Both the position numbers and the translations under genes were made by a program. Shown in pieces: positions 39,375-49,281 of a DNA stretch of 64,000 nt. Under the pieces are notes generated by a model. The model was not told the origin of the DNA, did not search any database, and saw nothing but the letters and a program-made list of their open reading frames with translations. Positions within the stretch are counted from its first letter, which is position 1; each line of letters opens with the position of its first letter. Source of the stretch: an uncultured Bacteroidales bacterium (GTDB lineage: Bacteria; Bacteroidota; Bacteroidia; Bacteroidales; UBA932); the NCBI GenBank assembly GCA_944326325.1, contig CALVDQ010000009.1:37556-101555 (forward strand), in the 5' to 3' direction.

Positions 39375-40016
39375 ATGACCAGGATTGCCGCTTCCATGCT
39401 TGCAGCCGATTTCCTCAATCTCGGGAAAGACGTTGAATTCGTGAACCGCCATGCAGATATCTTCCATCTGGACATCATGGACGGTGTCTTTGTCCCGAAC
39501 ATCTCGTACGGCTTTCCTGTCGTGGAAGCTGTCGCGTCGGCGGCCGCCAAGCCGCTCGATGTCCATCTGATGATTGTGGAGCCTGAAAAATATGTGGAGC
39601 GTTTCATCCGCAGCGGGGCTGATATGCTCAGTTTCCACCTGAATGCCGCCGGAGATCCGGCCGCTCTCGCCGGACTCATCCGAAGCAAGGGGGTGAAGGC
39701 CGGTATCGCCATAAATCCGGATATCCCCGTCGAGAAGCTTTTCCCGTATCTCGGAGTATGCGACTTCGTCCTTGTCATGTCGGTATTTGCCGGATTCGGC
39801 GGACAGAAATTCATAGAGGAGACTTATTCCAGGATCGGAAAGGTGAAGTCCGAGATCCTCAGGACAGGGGCGGAATGCCTTGTCGAGGTGGACGGGGGAG
39901 TATCCGGAAAAAACGCAGCGGCGCTGAAGTCTGCCGGGGCGGATATCCTTGTGGCCGGGAGCGCCGTTTTCGGGGTCCGGGATCCGGCTGAGGCTGTCAG
40001 GTCCATGAGAATTTGA
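39375..40016 (+). CDS. rpe: ribulose-phosphate 3-epimerase
   Basis: 213 aa with HLDIMDGVFVPN, DVHLM and GFGGQKF blocks. Confidence 0.95.
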   Translation: MTRIAASMLAADFLNLGKDVEFVNRHADIFHLDIMDGVFVPNISYGFPVVEAVASAAAKPLDVHLMIVEPEKYVERFIRSGADMLSFHLNAAGDPAALAGLIRSKGVKAGIAINPDIPVEKLFPYLGVCDFVLVMSVFAGFGGQKFIEETYSRIGKVKSEILRTGAECLVEVDGGVSGKNAAALKSAGADILVAGSAVFGVRDPAEAVRSMRI

Positions 40017-40108
40017 CCGTCAGGGGAAATATTTTGACTTTATATTGGGTAATTTGCAGGAATTGTATTATTTTCGCCCGATTTTAAGCACAATAAAACA
40101 GATTTGTA

Positions 40109-41185
40109 ATGGAGCAGAAAATTCGAGCTACGCTCAAGCTGGAGAACGGAATGGAATTTCACGGCTATTCATTCGGCTACAACGGCCCGTGTGACGGTGA
40201 AGTGGTATTCTCGACAGCCATGGTAGGCTATACGGAGAGCCTTACAGACCCGTCCTATTCCGGCCAGATCCTATGTATCACATATCCTATCGTTGGAAAC
40301 TACGGCGTCCCGGAGGAAGGGTTCGACGAGAACGGAATATCGAAGTTCATGGAATCCGGCGACATTTACGTAAGAGGACTTGTCGTCTCCGACTATTCAG
40401 AGGACTACAGCCACTGGAACGCTGTGATGAGCCTGGGCGACTGGCTTGAAAAGCACAGGATTCCGGGAATATGCGGGATAGATACCAGAGAGCTCACCAA
40501 GGTCCTCAGGGACAACGGCTCGATGCTCGGCATCATAGTGCCTGAAGGCTCTGAAAGGAATTTCCCTGTAGCAGACCCGAACAAGGAGAACCAGGTGGCC
40601 ATCGTCAGCTGCAAGGAAGTGATCCGGTACGGAAGCGGTGACAAGAAGATAGTCCTGGTGGATTGCGGCGTTAAGCACAATATCCTGAGATGTTTCCTTT
40701 CAAGGAATGTGGAGATAATCCGCGTGCCGTGGGACTATGACTTCAATCAGATAGATTATGACGGGCTTTTCATTTCCAACGGCCCTGGCAACCCCGAATT
40801 CTGCGACATCACGGTCCGCCACCTTCAGGAGGCGATGAAGAAAGACAAGCCTATCTTCGGCATCTGCATGGGCAACCAGCTTCTGAGCAGGGCTGCCGGC
40901 GCGAAGACCTACAAGCTTAAATACGGACACCGGAGCCATAACCAGCCGGTAAGGATGGTCGGTTCCAACAAATGTTTCGTAACTTCCCAGAATCATGGCT
41001 ATGCCGTAGATGACAGTACCCTCGACAAGGACTGGGTACCGTATTTCGTGAACATGAACGACGGTACGAACGAAGGTATAAGGCACAGGACCAAGCCGTT
41101 CTTCTCCTCCCAGTTCCACCCTGAGGCATCCAGCGGGCCGACGGACACGGAATTCCTTTTCGACGAGTTTCTGAGCAAACTCTGA
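40109..41185 (+). CDS. carA: carbamoyl-phosphate synthase small (glutaminase) subunit
   Basis: 358 aa with the GATase catalytic GICMGNQL (Cys) and FHPE blocks. Confidence 0.96.
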   Translation: MEQKIRATLKLENGMEFHGYSFGYNGPCDGEVVFSTAMVGYTESLTDPSYSGQILCITYPIVGNYGVPEEGFDENGISKFMESGDIYVRGLVVSDYSEDYSHWNAVMSLGDWLEKHRIPGICGIDTRELTKVLRDNGSMLGIIVPEGSERNFPVADPNKENQVAIVSCKEVIRYGSGDKKIVLVDCGVKHNILRCFLSRNVEIIRVPWDYDFNQIDYDGLFISNGPGNPEFCDITVRHLQEAMKKDKPIFGICMGNQLLSRAAGAKTYKLKYGHRSHNQPVRMVGSNKCFVTSQNHGYAVDDSTLDKDWVPYFVNMNDGTNEGIRHRTKPFFSSQFHPEASSGPTDTEFLFDEFLSKL

Positions 41186-41222
41186 CTCTACGGACACACA
41201 GTATAACCATAATTTCAAGACA

Positions 41223-44200
41223 ATGATAGACAACGATATAAAGAAAGTACTGCTGCTCGGGTCGGGAGCATTGAAGATCGGGGAAGCCGGAGAGTTCGAC
41301 TATTCCGGGTCCCAGGCTCTCAAGGCAATGAAGGAAGAAGGCATCGAGACTGTTCTCATAAACCCGAATATCGCCACCGTGCAGACATCGGAAAAGGTCG
41401 CGGACAAGATCTACTTCCTGCCTGTCACACCGTATTTCGTGGAAAAGGTGATCCGGAAGGAAGCCCCGCAGGGGATACTGCTTGCATTCGGAGGGCAGAC
41501 GGCGCTGAACTGCGGCGTGGAACTGTACAAGTCCGGCATCCTCGAAAAATACAATGTCAAGGTGCTTGGTACTCCGGTGCAGGCCATAATTGACACAGAG
41601 GACAGGGAACTTTTCATAGAGAAACTCGACCAGATAGGCATCAAGACAATAAAGTCCCATGCTACAGAGAACATCGAACAGGCCCGTGCCGCTGCCCAGG
41701 AACTCGGCTATCCTGTGATCCTGCGTGCGGCATACGCCCTCGGAGGCCTCGGTTCAGGCTTCTGCGACAACGAGTCCCAGCTGTTCGACGTGGCCGAGAA
41801 GGCATTCTCGTTTTCTCCGCAGGTGCTTGTAGAGAAATCCCTGAAAGGCTGGAAGGAGATCGAATACGAGGTAGTACGTGACCGTTATGACAACTGTATC
41901 ACGGTCTGCAACATGGAGAACTTCGACCCTCTCGGTATCCATACCGGGGAGAGTATAGTGGTGGCTCCGTGCCAGACTTTGGACAATGATGACGTGGAGT
42001 ATCTTCGCGAACTTGCCATAAAGATAGTGCGCCATGTGGGGATAGTGGGAGAGTGCAACGTACAGTTCGCCTACGACCCTTATTCCATGGAATACAGGGT
42101 GATAGAGGTGAATGCCCGTCTGAGCCGCTCCTCCGCCCTCGCATCCAAGGCCACCGGTTATCCGCTTGCCTTCGTGGCAGCCAAGCTCGGACTCGGCTAC
42201 GGACTTTTCGACCTGAAGAATTCTGTCACAAAGTCGACTCCGGCCTTCTTCGAGCCAGCCATCGACTACATTGTCTGCAAGATTCCGCGCTGGGACCTTT
42301 CCAAGTTCCATGGAGTGTCGAGGAAGATCGGCTCGAGCATGAAGAGCGTGGGCGAGGTGATGTCCATCGGACGCAGTTTCGAGGAAGCCATACAGAAGGG
42401 ACTTCGCATGATAGGGCAGGGCGCCCATGGTTTCGTCGGGAACAAGGAATTGAAGGTAGATGACATAGATCAGGCCCTCAGGGAGCCTACGGATAACCGT
42501 ATCTTCGTCATATCCAAGGCGATGCGGGCAGGGTACACTGTGGACCACATCCACGACCTCACGAAGATAGACCGCTGGTTCCTTGACAAGCTTGCGCATA
42601 TTGTGGATACGTTCAATGAAATGCTTTCATACGACAGTTGCGAAGCCATGCCGCTCGAGCTGCTGCGCGTTGCCAAGAAGCAGGGATTCTCCGATTTCCA
42701 GATCGGCCGCGCCCTCTACAAGGACAGAATCGACAGCGAAGAAGCCCAGAACATCGTCAGGGTGTTCAGAAAGGCCCACGGAATAGTCCCATGCGTAAAG
42801 CAGATAGACACCCTGGCCGCCGAATTCCCTGCAGCTACCAATTATCTGTACCTGACCTATAACGGAAGTTTCAACGATGTCACTTACCTGCATGACCGCA
42901 AGTCAGTGATCGTGCTGGGTTCGGGAGCCTACCGCATCGGATCGTCAGTGGAATTCGACTGGTGTTCTGTGAATGCCCTGCAGACGATAAGGTCACAGGG
43001 GTACAGGGGAGTGATGATAAACTACAACCCTGAAACCGTCTCTACTGACTACGATATGAGCGACAGGCTGTACTTCGACGAGCTTACCTTCGAGCGGGTG
43101 ATGGACATATACGAACTGGAGCAGCCGTACGGTCTTGTGGTTTCTGTTGGCGGCCAGATTCCAAACAACCTGGCCCTCAGGCTTGACCGCAGCGGGGTGA
43201 ATATCCTCGGTACAAAGGCTACAAGCATAGACAAGGCCGAAGACCGGCACAAGTTCTCGTCGATTGTGGACGCCCTCGGCATCGACCAGCCGAAATGGAG
43301 GGAGCTCACGACCCTTGATGACGTGCATGGTTTCGTGGCGACCGTCGGGTATCCGGTGCTTGTACGTCCTTCATACGTGCTTTCAGGTGCGGCCATGAAC
43401 GTCTGCTACAATGAGGATGAACTGCGCCGTTTCCTTTCCCTTGCCGCAGAGGTCTCCAAAAAACATCCTGTAGTAGTGAGCGAGTTCATGCAGAGATGCA
43501 AGGAGATTGAATTCGACGCTGTGGCCGATGCCGGAGAAATCATAGCATACGCAATATCGGAACATATCGAGTTTGCCGGAGTGCACTCCGGGGATGCGAC
43601 CATACAGTTCCCTCCGCAGAAACTGTATATAGAGACAGTCCGCCGTATCAAGAAGATCGCGAAGAAGATCGCTGCCGCTCTCGAGATTTCGGGACCGTTC
43701 AACATCCAGTTCCTGGCCAAGGAGAATGAAATAAAGGTGATAGAATGCAACCTGAGAGCTTCGAGAAGCTTCCCGTTCGTATCCAAGATCTTGAAGATCA
43801 ACCTTATCGAACTGGCTACGAAGGTAATGCTCGGACTAAAGCCTGCTGCACCGCACAAGAGTGCCTTCGATCTGGACTATGTCGGAATCAAGGCATCCCA
43901 GTTCTCGTTTTCAAGGCTGCACCAGGCGGATCCGGTCCTGGGTGTGGATATGGCTTCCACCGGAGAAGTCGGCTGCCTTGGCGATGATTTCAACGAAGCC
44001 CTGCTCAAGTCCATACTTTCCGTCGGATACAGGATTCCAGAGAAGAATGTGCTCGTATCTTCAGGTGATGCCCTGCAGAAGGCCGACCTCCTGAATGCCT
44101 GCAGACTCCTTGCCGGTCACGGCTATACCATTTACGCTACGGCCGGTACATACCGGTACCTTGTGGAAAACGAAGTTTCGGCCACGAGGGTACTCTGGCC

Positions 44201-44462
44201 GAGCGAGTGCGAGGACCCGATGCTGGCATCCCAATTCGAGTCAGCCCTGAAGCTTCTCCAGAACAAGGAGATAGACCTTGTGGTCAACATACCGAAGAAC
44301 TTCACGAGTGCGGAACTTGCAAACGGATACAAGATAAGAAGGGCAGCCATCGACTTCAATATCCCTCTTATCACCAATGCGCGTCTGGCTACGGCATTTA
44401 TCAGGGCGTTCTGCAGTATGGGAATGGAGGATATTCAGGTCAAGTCCTGGGACCAGTATTAG
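41223..44462 (+). CDS. carB: carbamoyl-phosphate synthase large subunit
   Basis: 1079 aa with duplicated ATP-grasp halves and a C-terminal MGS-like domain. Confidence 0.97.
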   Translation: MIDNDIKKVLLLGSGALKIGEAGEFDYSGSQALKAMKEEGIETVLINPNIATVQTSEKVADKIYFLPVTPYFVEKVIRKEAPQGILLAFGGQTALNCGVELYKSGILEKYNVKVLGTPVQAIIDTEDRELFIEKLDQIGIKTIKSHATENIEQARAAAQELGYPVILRAAYALGGLGSGFCDNESQLFDVAEKAFSFSPQVLVEKSLKGWKEIEYEVVRDRYDNCITVCNMENFDPLGIHTGESIVVAPCQTLDNDDVEYLRELAIKIVRHVGIVGECNVQFAYDPYSMEYRVIEVNARLSRSSALASKATGYPLAFVAAKLGLGYGLFDLKNSVTKSTPAFFEPAIDYIVCKIPRWDLSKFHGVSRKIGSSMKSVGEVMSIGRSFEEAIQKGLRMIGQGAHGFVGNKELKVDDIDQALREPTDNRIFVISKAMRAGYTVDHIHDLTKIDRWFLDKLAHIVDTFNEMLSYDSCEAMPLELLRVAKKQGFSDFQIGRALYKDRIDSEEAQNIVRVFRKAHGIVPCVKQIDTLAAEFPAATNYLYLTYNGSFNDVTYLHDRKSVIVLGSGAYRIGSSVEFDWCSVNALQTIRSQGYRGVMINYNPETVSTDYDMSDRLYFDELTFERVMDIYELEQPYGLVVSVGGQIPNNLALRLDRSGVNILGTKATSIDKAEDRHKFSSIVDALGIDQPKWRELTTLDDVHGFVATVGYPVLVRPSYVLSGAAMNVCYNEDELRRFLSLAAEVSKKHPVVVSEFMQRCKEIEFDAVADAGEIIAYAISEHIEFAGVHSGDATIQFPPQKLYIETVRRIKKIAKKIAAALEISGPFNIQFLAKENEIKVIECNLRASRSFPFVSKILKINLIELATKVMLGLKPAAPHKSAFDLDYVGIKASQFSFSRLHQADPVLGVDMASTGEVGCLGDDFNEALLKSILSVGYRIPEKNVLVSSGDALQKADLLNACRLLAGHGYTIYATAGTYRYLVENEVSATRVLWPSECEDPMLASQFESALKLLQNKEIDLVVNIPKNFTSAELANGYKIRRAAIDFNIPLITNARLATAFIRAFCSMGMEDIQVKSWDQY

Positions 44463-44481
44463 TCAGGGAATTTCCCGTGTG

Positions 44482-45093
44482 TCATATTGACAGGACACCG
44501 GCCCCCTGACGTACTATGGTGAATTCCGGTCCGGTGCAGTCTACGACGGTGGATGCCGTCAGGCTTCCCGGACCTCCGTCGATTACAAGGTCGACGTTGT
44601 GTCCCCATTTCTCGTCTATCAGTTCAGGATCAGTGGCATACCCCGGATCTTCATCCTCATTGTATGGAATGGTGGTTGTAAGGACCGGGGCATCCAGTTG
44701 CCTGGCTATTTCACGGATGATCGGATTGTCCGGCATCCTTATACCTATCTCTTTCCTGCTCCTGAAGATTTTCGGCAGCCTGGAAGTCCCGTCGAGGATG
44801 AAGGTGAACGGTCCGGGCAGGTTCCGTTTCATCAGTTTGAACGTAGCATTCTCCATCCTGGCATACCTGCTTATTTCACTCAGGTCGTAGCAGATGATGG
44901 AAAGGTTGTTTTTTCTGGGGTCTATTCCCTTGATCCTGCAGATCTTCTCCACGGCCCTTTCTTTCAGTGCATGGCATCCTATGGCGTACATCGTGTCGGT
45001 CGGATAGATCACAGTACCGCCTTCTTCAAGTATGTCCGTGACTTTTTTCATCTGAGCGGGATCGTTGTCCCTGTCATAGAGTCTGATAATCAT
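44482..45093 (-). CDS. tsaC: L-threonylcarbamoyladenylate synthase (TsaC/YrdC/Sua5 family)
   Basis: 203 aa with YPTDTMYAIGC, NLPGPFTFIL and IRMP blocks. Confidence 0.9.
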   Translation of the reverse strand: MIIRLYDRDNDPAQMKKVTDILEEGGTVIYPTDTMYAIGCHALKERAVEKICRIKGIDPRKNNLSIICYDLSEISRYARMENATFKLMKRNLPGPFTFILDGTSRLPKIFRSRKEIGIRMPDNPIIREIARQLDAPVLTTTIPYNEDEDPGYATDPELIDEKWGHNVDLVIDGGPGSLTASTVVDCTGPEFTIVRQGAGVLSI

Positions 45094-45175
45094 ATCTCTG
45101 AAAATATTGCCGGAGCAATTATAGGGTTTTTCCCTGTAAAATGCAACTGCAGTCCGGAATACGCTCTGTTTACGT

Positions 45176-47026
45176 TCAATTCATTATGCATATCGTACGC
45201 GGATTCAGGGTCTGCGGGTCTGTCTCCACTTCGGTCCAGTGCATCCCGTCAAGGGAAGTCGCGAATGCGCTGCCTATCCTTACTCCGGGATCGGTCCAGC
45301 TGTATCCGCATACAAAGACACCGTCCTTATAGTCCAGCGCAAAGTCATAGCGGCCCGCCGTCGGCAGGTCTGTCTTTTTCCAGTCAAGGGCATTTTCACT
45401 GCAGTATACTCCGCCTCCGGTGCTCATGATGTATTTCCCGTTCCCGCAGACCAGTTCGGTCATTGCCCCGGTAAGGTTCTGGTCGAAGGTGTATTTTCCG
45501 GATGTCCATGTGTGGCCGTCAGTGGATTTCATCACATTGTTCGTCTGGCTGATGCACACGAACTCCCCGTTGCCGTACTCGAACAATGTGGGAAATATGG
45601 CTGATACACGCTCGTAGGTCCAGTCGGACCCGTCACGGGAGGAATATACCGCACCATTGTCGGACAGGGCCACGAATTTCCCGTTTCCGTATGCGACAAA
45701 CTCGAGGGTCTCTTCCGGATAGACACTGTCCCATATCCTGCCGTTGCCCGAGATATAGGTCCCGTTGTCTGACAAGGCTATGAATGTGCCGTCCCCGTAC
45801 GAAATGTCCGTGAATTCCCCGTCAAAGCTTTCCGTCTCCCATGACAGCCCGTCTGTGGAGTATCCTATGTAACCGCTACCCGTAAGTCCGTTCCCGATTG
45901 CCACATATTTCCCTCCTCCTCTGATTACCTTTTCCCAGGTTCCGTTTCCGTCGGTGAAGATTACCCTGCGCACTGTTTTGGTCTTGTACAGCACCTGGTT
46001 CTTTCCCATCATGATTATCGGCACCACGGCGTAGACGTTCCCTCCGTCGACTTTCCAGGACGGCCTTGTTATGGCATCACGGGACGGGATAAGGGTTACG
46101 GCGTTGTCCGTGTTTCTGATGACGTTGAAGTCGGATGTCTCGTCCTGCCCCAGATAGAATCTGTAGGTGATGCTTCCGTTCAGTTCCTGTTCTCCTGTAA
46201 ATTCCCCCGTGACTTCGAGGTAGGAACACAGGTCCGATTTCCCGGAGATATTGTCGGGTATCTTGGCCCAGGAGTCGGAATTCCCGGGAAGGAGCACTCC
46301 CTGGCAGTTTTCCGGCAGATACAGTACTATCTCGGAGCCGGAATTCAGGGCCGATATTTCGGACTGGCTGGCCGAGTCTCCGCCCGAAGTGGCGACAGCC
46401 TTCGATTCCGAGAACATCGCCACGGACGTGGCCGCCTGCCTTATATTGACCGACACGATTTTAAGGTCAGGGACATCAGACCTGTCCACGCTGAACCGTA
46501 TCTTCGAATAAAGCCTTTCGAGCATTACGTCCACGGCTGTGTTTTCCCCGGAGACTGTGAAACTTCCGTGTGCGGTCATGGGAAAGCCTCCGGAGGGCGC
46601 CGCAGCCTTGACTCCGGTCCTCGCCGTCCTGATGGCGGCTTCTGTTTCAGGTATTTCGTCCCTGGCTATGTTGGCGCTTGCGTAGTAGGTGTACGTCTTT
46701 CCGACCACGAGGCTCATCCCGGCGCTTTCTCCGGTGCCCGGGTTGATGTTCTCCACAAGCTTTCCGTCATTGTACACTGATATCACTATGTTCTCCACCG
46801 TGTTTTCGGAGGCCTTCGTGTCCGGATACGCGACATACGTCTTGAATATTACCTGTACCTTTTCCCCGTCCGCCGTACCCGGGACCGGTCCCGTATTCTT
46901 CCTGGGCTCCGGTCCGGTCTTGGTGCATCCGGCCGCCAGCAGGCCGATGCTTCCGCAGGCTGACATGAAAAGGACGGCCTGTACATAGCCGCAACTGATG
47001 AGTCTTTTGATTTTCGATGATTCCAT
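45176..47026 (-). CDS. lipoprotein: fimbrillin-like/DUF4906-like N-terminal region fused to a six-to-seven-blade Asp-box (BNR-like) repeat region
   Basis: ORF 45176..47095, with the likely start at MESSKIKR (47026) giving a lipobox LLAAGC. The N-terminal half (ERLYSKIRF, YRFYLGQD..DFNVIRNT) resembles Bacteroidales Mfa/FimA-like DUF4906 proteins from memory. The C-terminal ~270 aa contain repeats of YGNGxFVxxSxxGxxxxSxDGxxW. Confidence 0.7.
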   Translation of the reverse strand: MESSKIKRLISCGYVQAVLFMSACGSIGLLAAGCTKTGPEPRKNTGPVPGTADGEKVQVIFKTYVAYPDTKASENTVENIVISVYNDGKLVENINPGTGESAGMSLVVGKTYTYYASANIARDEIPETEAAIRTARTGVKAAAPSGGFPMTAHGSFTVSGENTAVDVMLERLYSKIRFSVDRSDVPDLKIVSVNIRQAATSVAMFSESKAVATSGGDSASQSEISALNSGSEIVLYLPENCQGVLLPGNSDSWAKIPDNISGKSDLCSYLEVTGEFTGEQELNGSITYRFYLGQDETSDFNVIRNTDNAVTLIPSRDAITRPSWKVDGGNVYAVVPIIMMGKNQVLYKTKTVRRVIFTDGNGTWEKVIRGGGKYVAIGNGLTGSGYIGYSTDGLSWETESFDGEFTDISYGDGTFIALSDNGTYISGNGRIWDSVYPEETLEFVAYGNGKFVALSDNGAVYSSRDGSDWTYERVSAIFPTLFEYGNGEFVCISQTNNVMKSTDGHTWTSGKYTFDQNLTGAMTELVCGNGKYIMSTGGGVYCSENALDWKKTDLPTAGRYDFALDYKDGVFVCGYSWTDPGVRIGSAFATSLDGMHWTEVETDPQTLNPRTICIMN

Positions 47027-47177
47027 ATACCAGCAAGTTTTGTTCGTTCCCGTTCTGTCCGGGTTGCTGCAAATATATACGGACCTCTCCGGCAAGGCTT
47101 TAAGAAATAGAAAAAGCCGCTTGTCAAAAAAGAAAAAACATTAAAAAAGAGAAAAACTTTCCTGTCCGGGGTGTTGT

Positions 47178-48248
47178 CTATGGCTGTTTTTCCAGAAGGA
47201 ACAGGTATTCGCTGGTATGTCTGCCGGTATTGGCCCATTTGTTCGTGAGCCGCATCTGTCCCATGACGTTTGTCCTGAGATCAGTTTCGATGACTTTCAG
47301 CAGTTTCCCTTCGGAACAGAGCATCCCGTACAGCTCGTCTCTGGATACACGTCCTCCGGAACTGTACGAGAGGAGGATGTATCTCGCATTCGCTTCCCTG
47401 ACGAGTCTTCTAAGTGCGTCCATGGCGATGAAGCTTCCCTCCTTGTCTTTCCTGTAGTCTTCGAATACGGAGGTGTTCTTCCAGTCCCTGGAATCCTCTC
47501 TCCTGTTCGCTTTCCCGAAGACCTGGGGCCTGTCGTTCAGGATTATGCTGGTCCAGATATGGTAGTAGGCATTGTATCTGATACGGCTGGAAGGCATCTT
47601 GTCGTTGTTCGAGCCGTACGGAGGGTCGAAATAGGCAAGGTCGCATTCCGTTTCCTTCAACAGGTCGAAGATATCTTTGCGGAAGACCCTGTTCCCTTCT
47701 TTGTGCGGACAGAGATGGGGAACCTTAAGCTCCATGTCGTGATAGGATCTCGGACTCCATCCGGTCAGATAGGCGCTGTAGTGCCCGAGGGTATTGTCCA
47801 CGGAGTCAAGGGCCAGGATGAGGCTGGTAAGCGCCACCGCCTTGTCCGTGCCGGAAAGCCCGATCCTGTCGATTTCCTCTCGTACCGCATCGAGTTTCAT
47901 GGTGTTCTTCAGCTGGAAAGGACGTTTCCCGCAGGAGTCCGGACTGCCTCCATAATGTTCGGAAAACCATCCGTATTCGCGCCTGACGCCGTTCAGGTGT
48001 TCGATGATCTCCCTATAATGGCTGATAGGACGGTCATGCAGAAGATATGCGGTGGCGAAGGTTTCGGACCAGACTGATATGTCATTGGATAGGACCCTGA
48101 AGCCCATCTGCGAGAACATTTGCGAGACTCTCGTGGAGCCGCTGAATCCGTCGAGTACGGTCTTTGCGCCGAGGTCTCCAGCAACAGCCTGTATATATGG
48201 GAGGATTTTCAGTTTAGATCCTGCGTATTTTATGCCTTCAGTTTCCAT
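47178..48248 (-). CDS. D12-class N6-adenine DNA methyltransferase (Dam/alpha-group layout), no adjacent endonuclease
   Basis: 356 aa. Contains KYAGSK near the N-terminus, the SAM motif DGFSGSTRV, the catalytic YFDPPYG (DPPY), and ILLSYSS near the C-terminus. Confidence 0.85.
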   Translation of the reverse strand: METEGIKYAGSKLKILPYIQAVAGDLGAKTVLDGFSGSTRVSQMFSQMGFRVLSNDISVWSETFATAYLLHDRPISHYREIIEHLNGVRREYGWFSEHYGGSPDSCGKRPFQLKNTMKLDAVREEIDRIGLSGTDKAVALTSLILALDSVDNTLGHYSAYLTGWSPRSYHDMELKVPHLCPHKEGNRVFRKDIFDLLKETECDLAYFDPPYGSNNDKMPSSRIRYNAYYHIWTSIILNDRPQVFGKANRREDSRDWKNTSVFEDYRKDKEGSFIAMDALRRLVREANARYILLSYSSGGRVSRDELYGMLCSEGKLLKVIETDLRTNVMGQMRLTNKWANTGRHTSEYLFLLEKQP

Positions 48249-48325
48249 AGCGCGAAATCAGGTCCAAATTTAAGAAACTGTTTTGAAATTTTTATCACTA
48301 TCTTTGTTCAAAAGCATTCAGGATT

Positions 48326-49144
48326 ATGCCACTTTTGACATTGGAGGAAATAGAGCAGGCGGCACCGTTATTCCGGGGTAGATTCGGCAATGCATTTGCA
48401 AGGACCCTGATGAAGGCCCTGGCGGTGGACAGGATAAATGATCTTTACGACAGGAACTGCCGCTATTCTGGGCCCGGATTCGCGAAGGCGATACTTGAAG
48501 ATATCGGTGTCGGATATACCGTACTCGGGCGGGAAAGGCTGGACGCCCTTGGTCCCGGACCTTTCATCACTGTCAGCAACCATCCTTACGGAAGCATCGA
48601 CGGGATCATCCTGGCGGACCTTTTCGGCCATCTGAGACCGGACTACAAGCTGATCGTAAACAAGATGCTTTCAAGGATAAAGGCTCTTGAACCGAGTTTC
48701 ATAACCGTAACCCCGACCGGAAAGGAACATACGGCTCCTTCAAAAGACAGCATATCAGGCATCAAGGAAGCGGTCAGGCATATCCGCGAAGGACATCCTC
48801 TCGGGATTTTCCCTGCCGGGGCCGTATCGGACCTGAGCCTGAAGGACAGGTGTGTAAGGGACAGGGAATGGCAGATGCCTATAATCCAGCTTGTCAGAAA
48901 AATGCACGTCCCCGTGCTTCCTGTCAGGTTCCTGGACAGGAATTCGGACTTCTATTACAGCCTCGGGCTGATTGACTGGCGTGTCCGTCTGCTCCGCCTA
49001 CCCTCCGAGGTCTTCAACAAGGCAGGAAAACCTGTCCGGGTGATGATAGGCGGGTTGATTTCCCCTGAAATCCAGGACGGGATCCGTGGCGATGAGGCAT
49101 TCGGAGCCTTTCTCAGGGAACAGGTGTACGGTCTCGGCCGCTGA
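48326..49144 (+). CDS. lysophospholipid (PlsC-type) acyltransferase family protein
   Basis: 272 aa with an acyltransferase block VSNHPYGSIDG (H...D) and a second block IFPAGAVS. Confidence 0.75.
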   Translation: MPLLTLEEIEQAAPLFRGRFGNAFARTLMKALAVDRINDLYDRNCRYSGPGFAKAILEDIGVGYTVLGRERLDALGPGPFITVSNHPYGSIDGIILADLFGHLRPDYKLIVNKMLSRIKALEPSFITVTPTGKEHTAPSKDSISGIKEAVRHIREGHPLGIFPAGAVSDLSLKDRCVRDREWQMPIIQLVRKMHVPVLPVRFLDRNSDFYYSLGLIDWRVRLLRLPSEVFNKAGKPVRVMIGGLISPEIQDGIRGDEAFGAFLREQVYGLGR

Positions 49145-49281
49145 GAATGGTCCGGAGGATGGCGGACGGAAAAATTTCACTTTTGACAATATTATTGTTA
49201 AATTTACTGTAATTTAACGTGAATCCGGAGGGGTCCTGCCTGCATTGTCTTATCGGATTCCGTTGACGGACAATAAATTTA

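Noticed and set aside
47096-48325. Looked for a restriction endonuclease, specificity subunit or other defence partners next to the adenine methylase
   Set aside because: Both flanking intergenic regions are under 90 nt, with no ORF of meaningful size, and the neighbouring genes have unrelated functions. It is therefore reported only as an orphan methylase.
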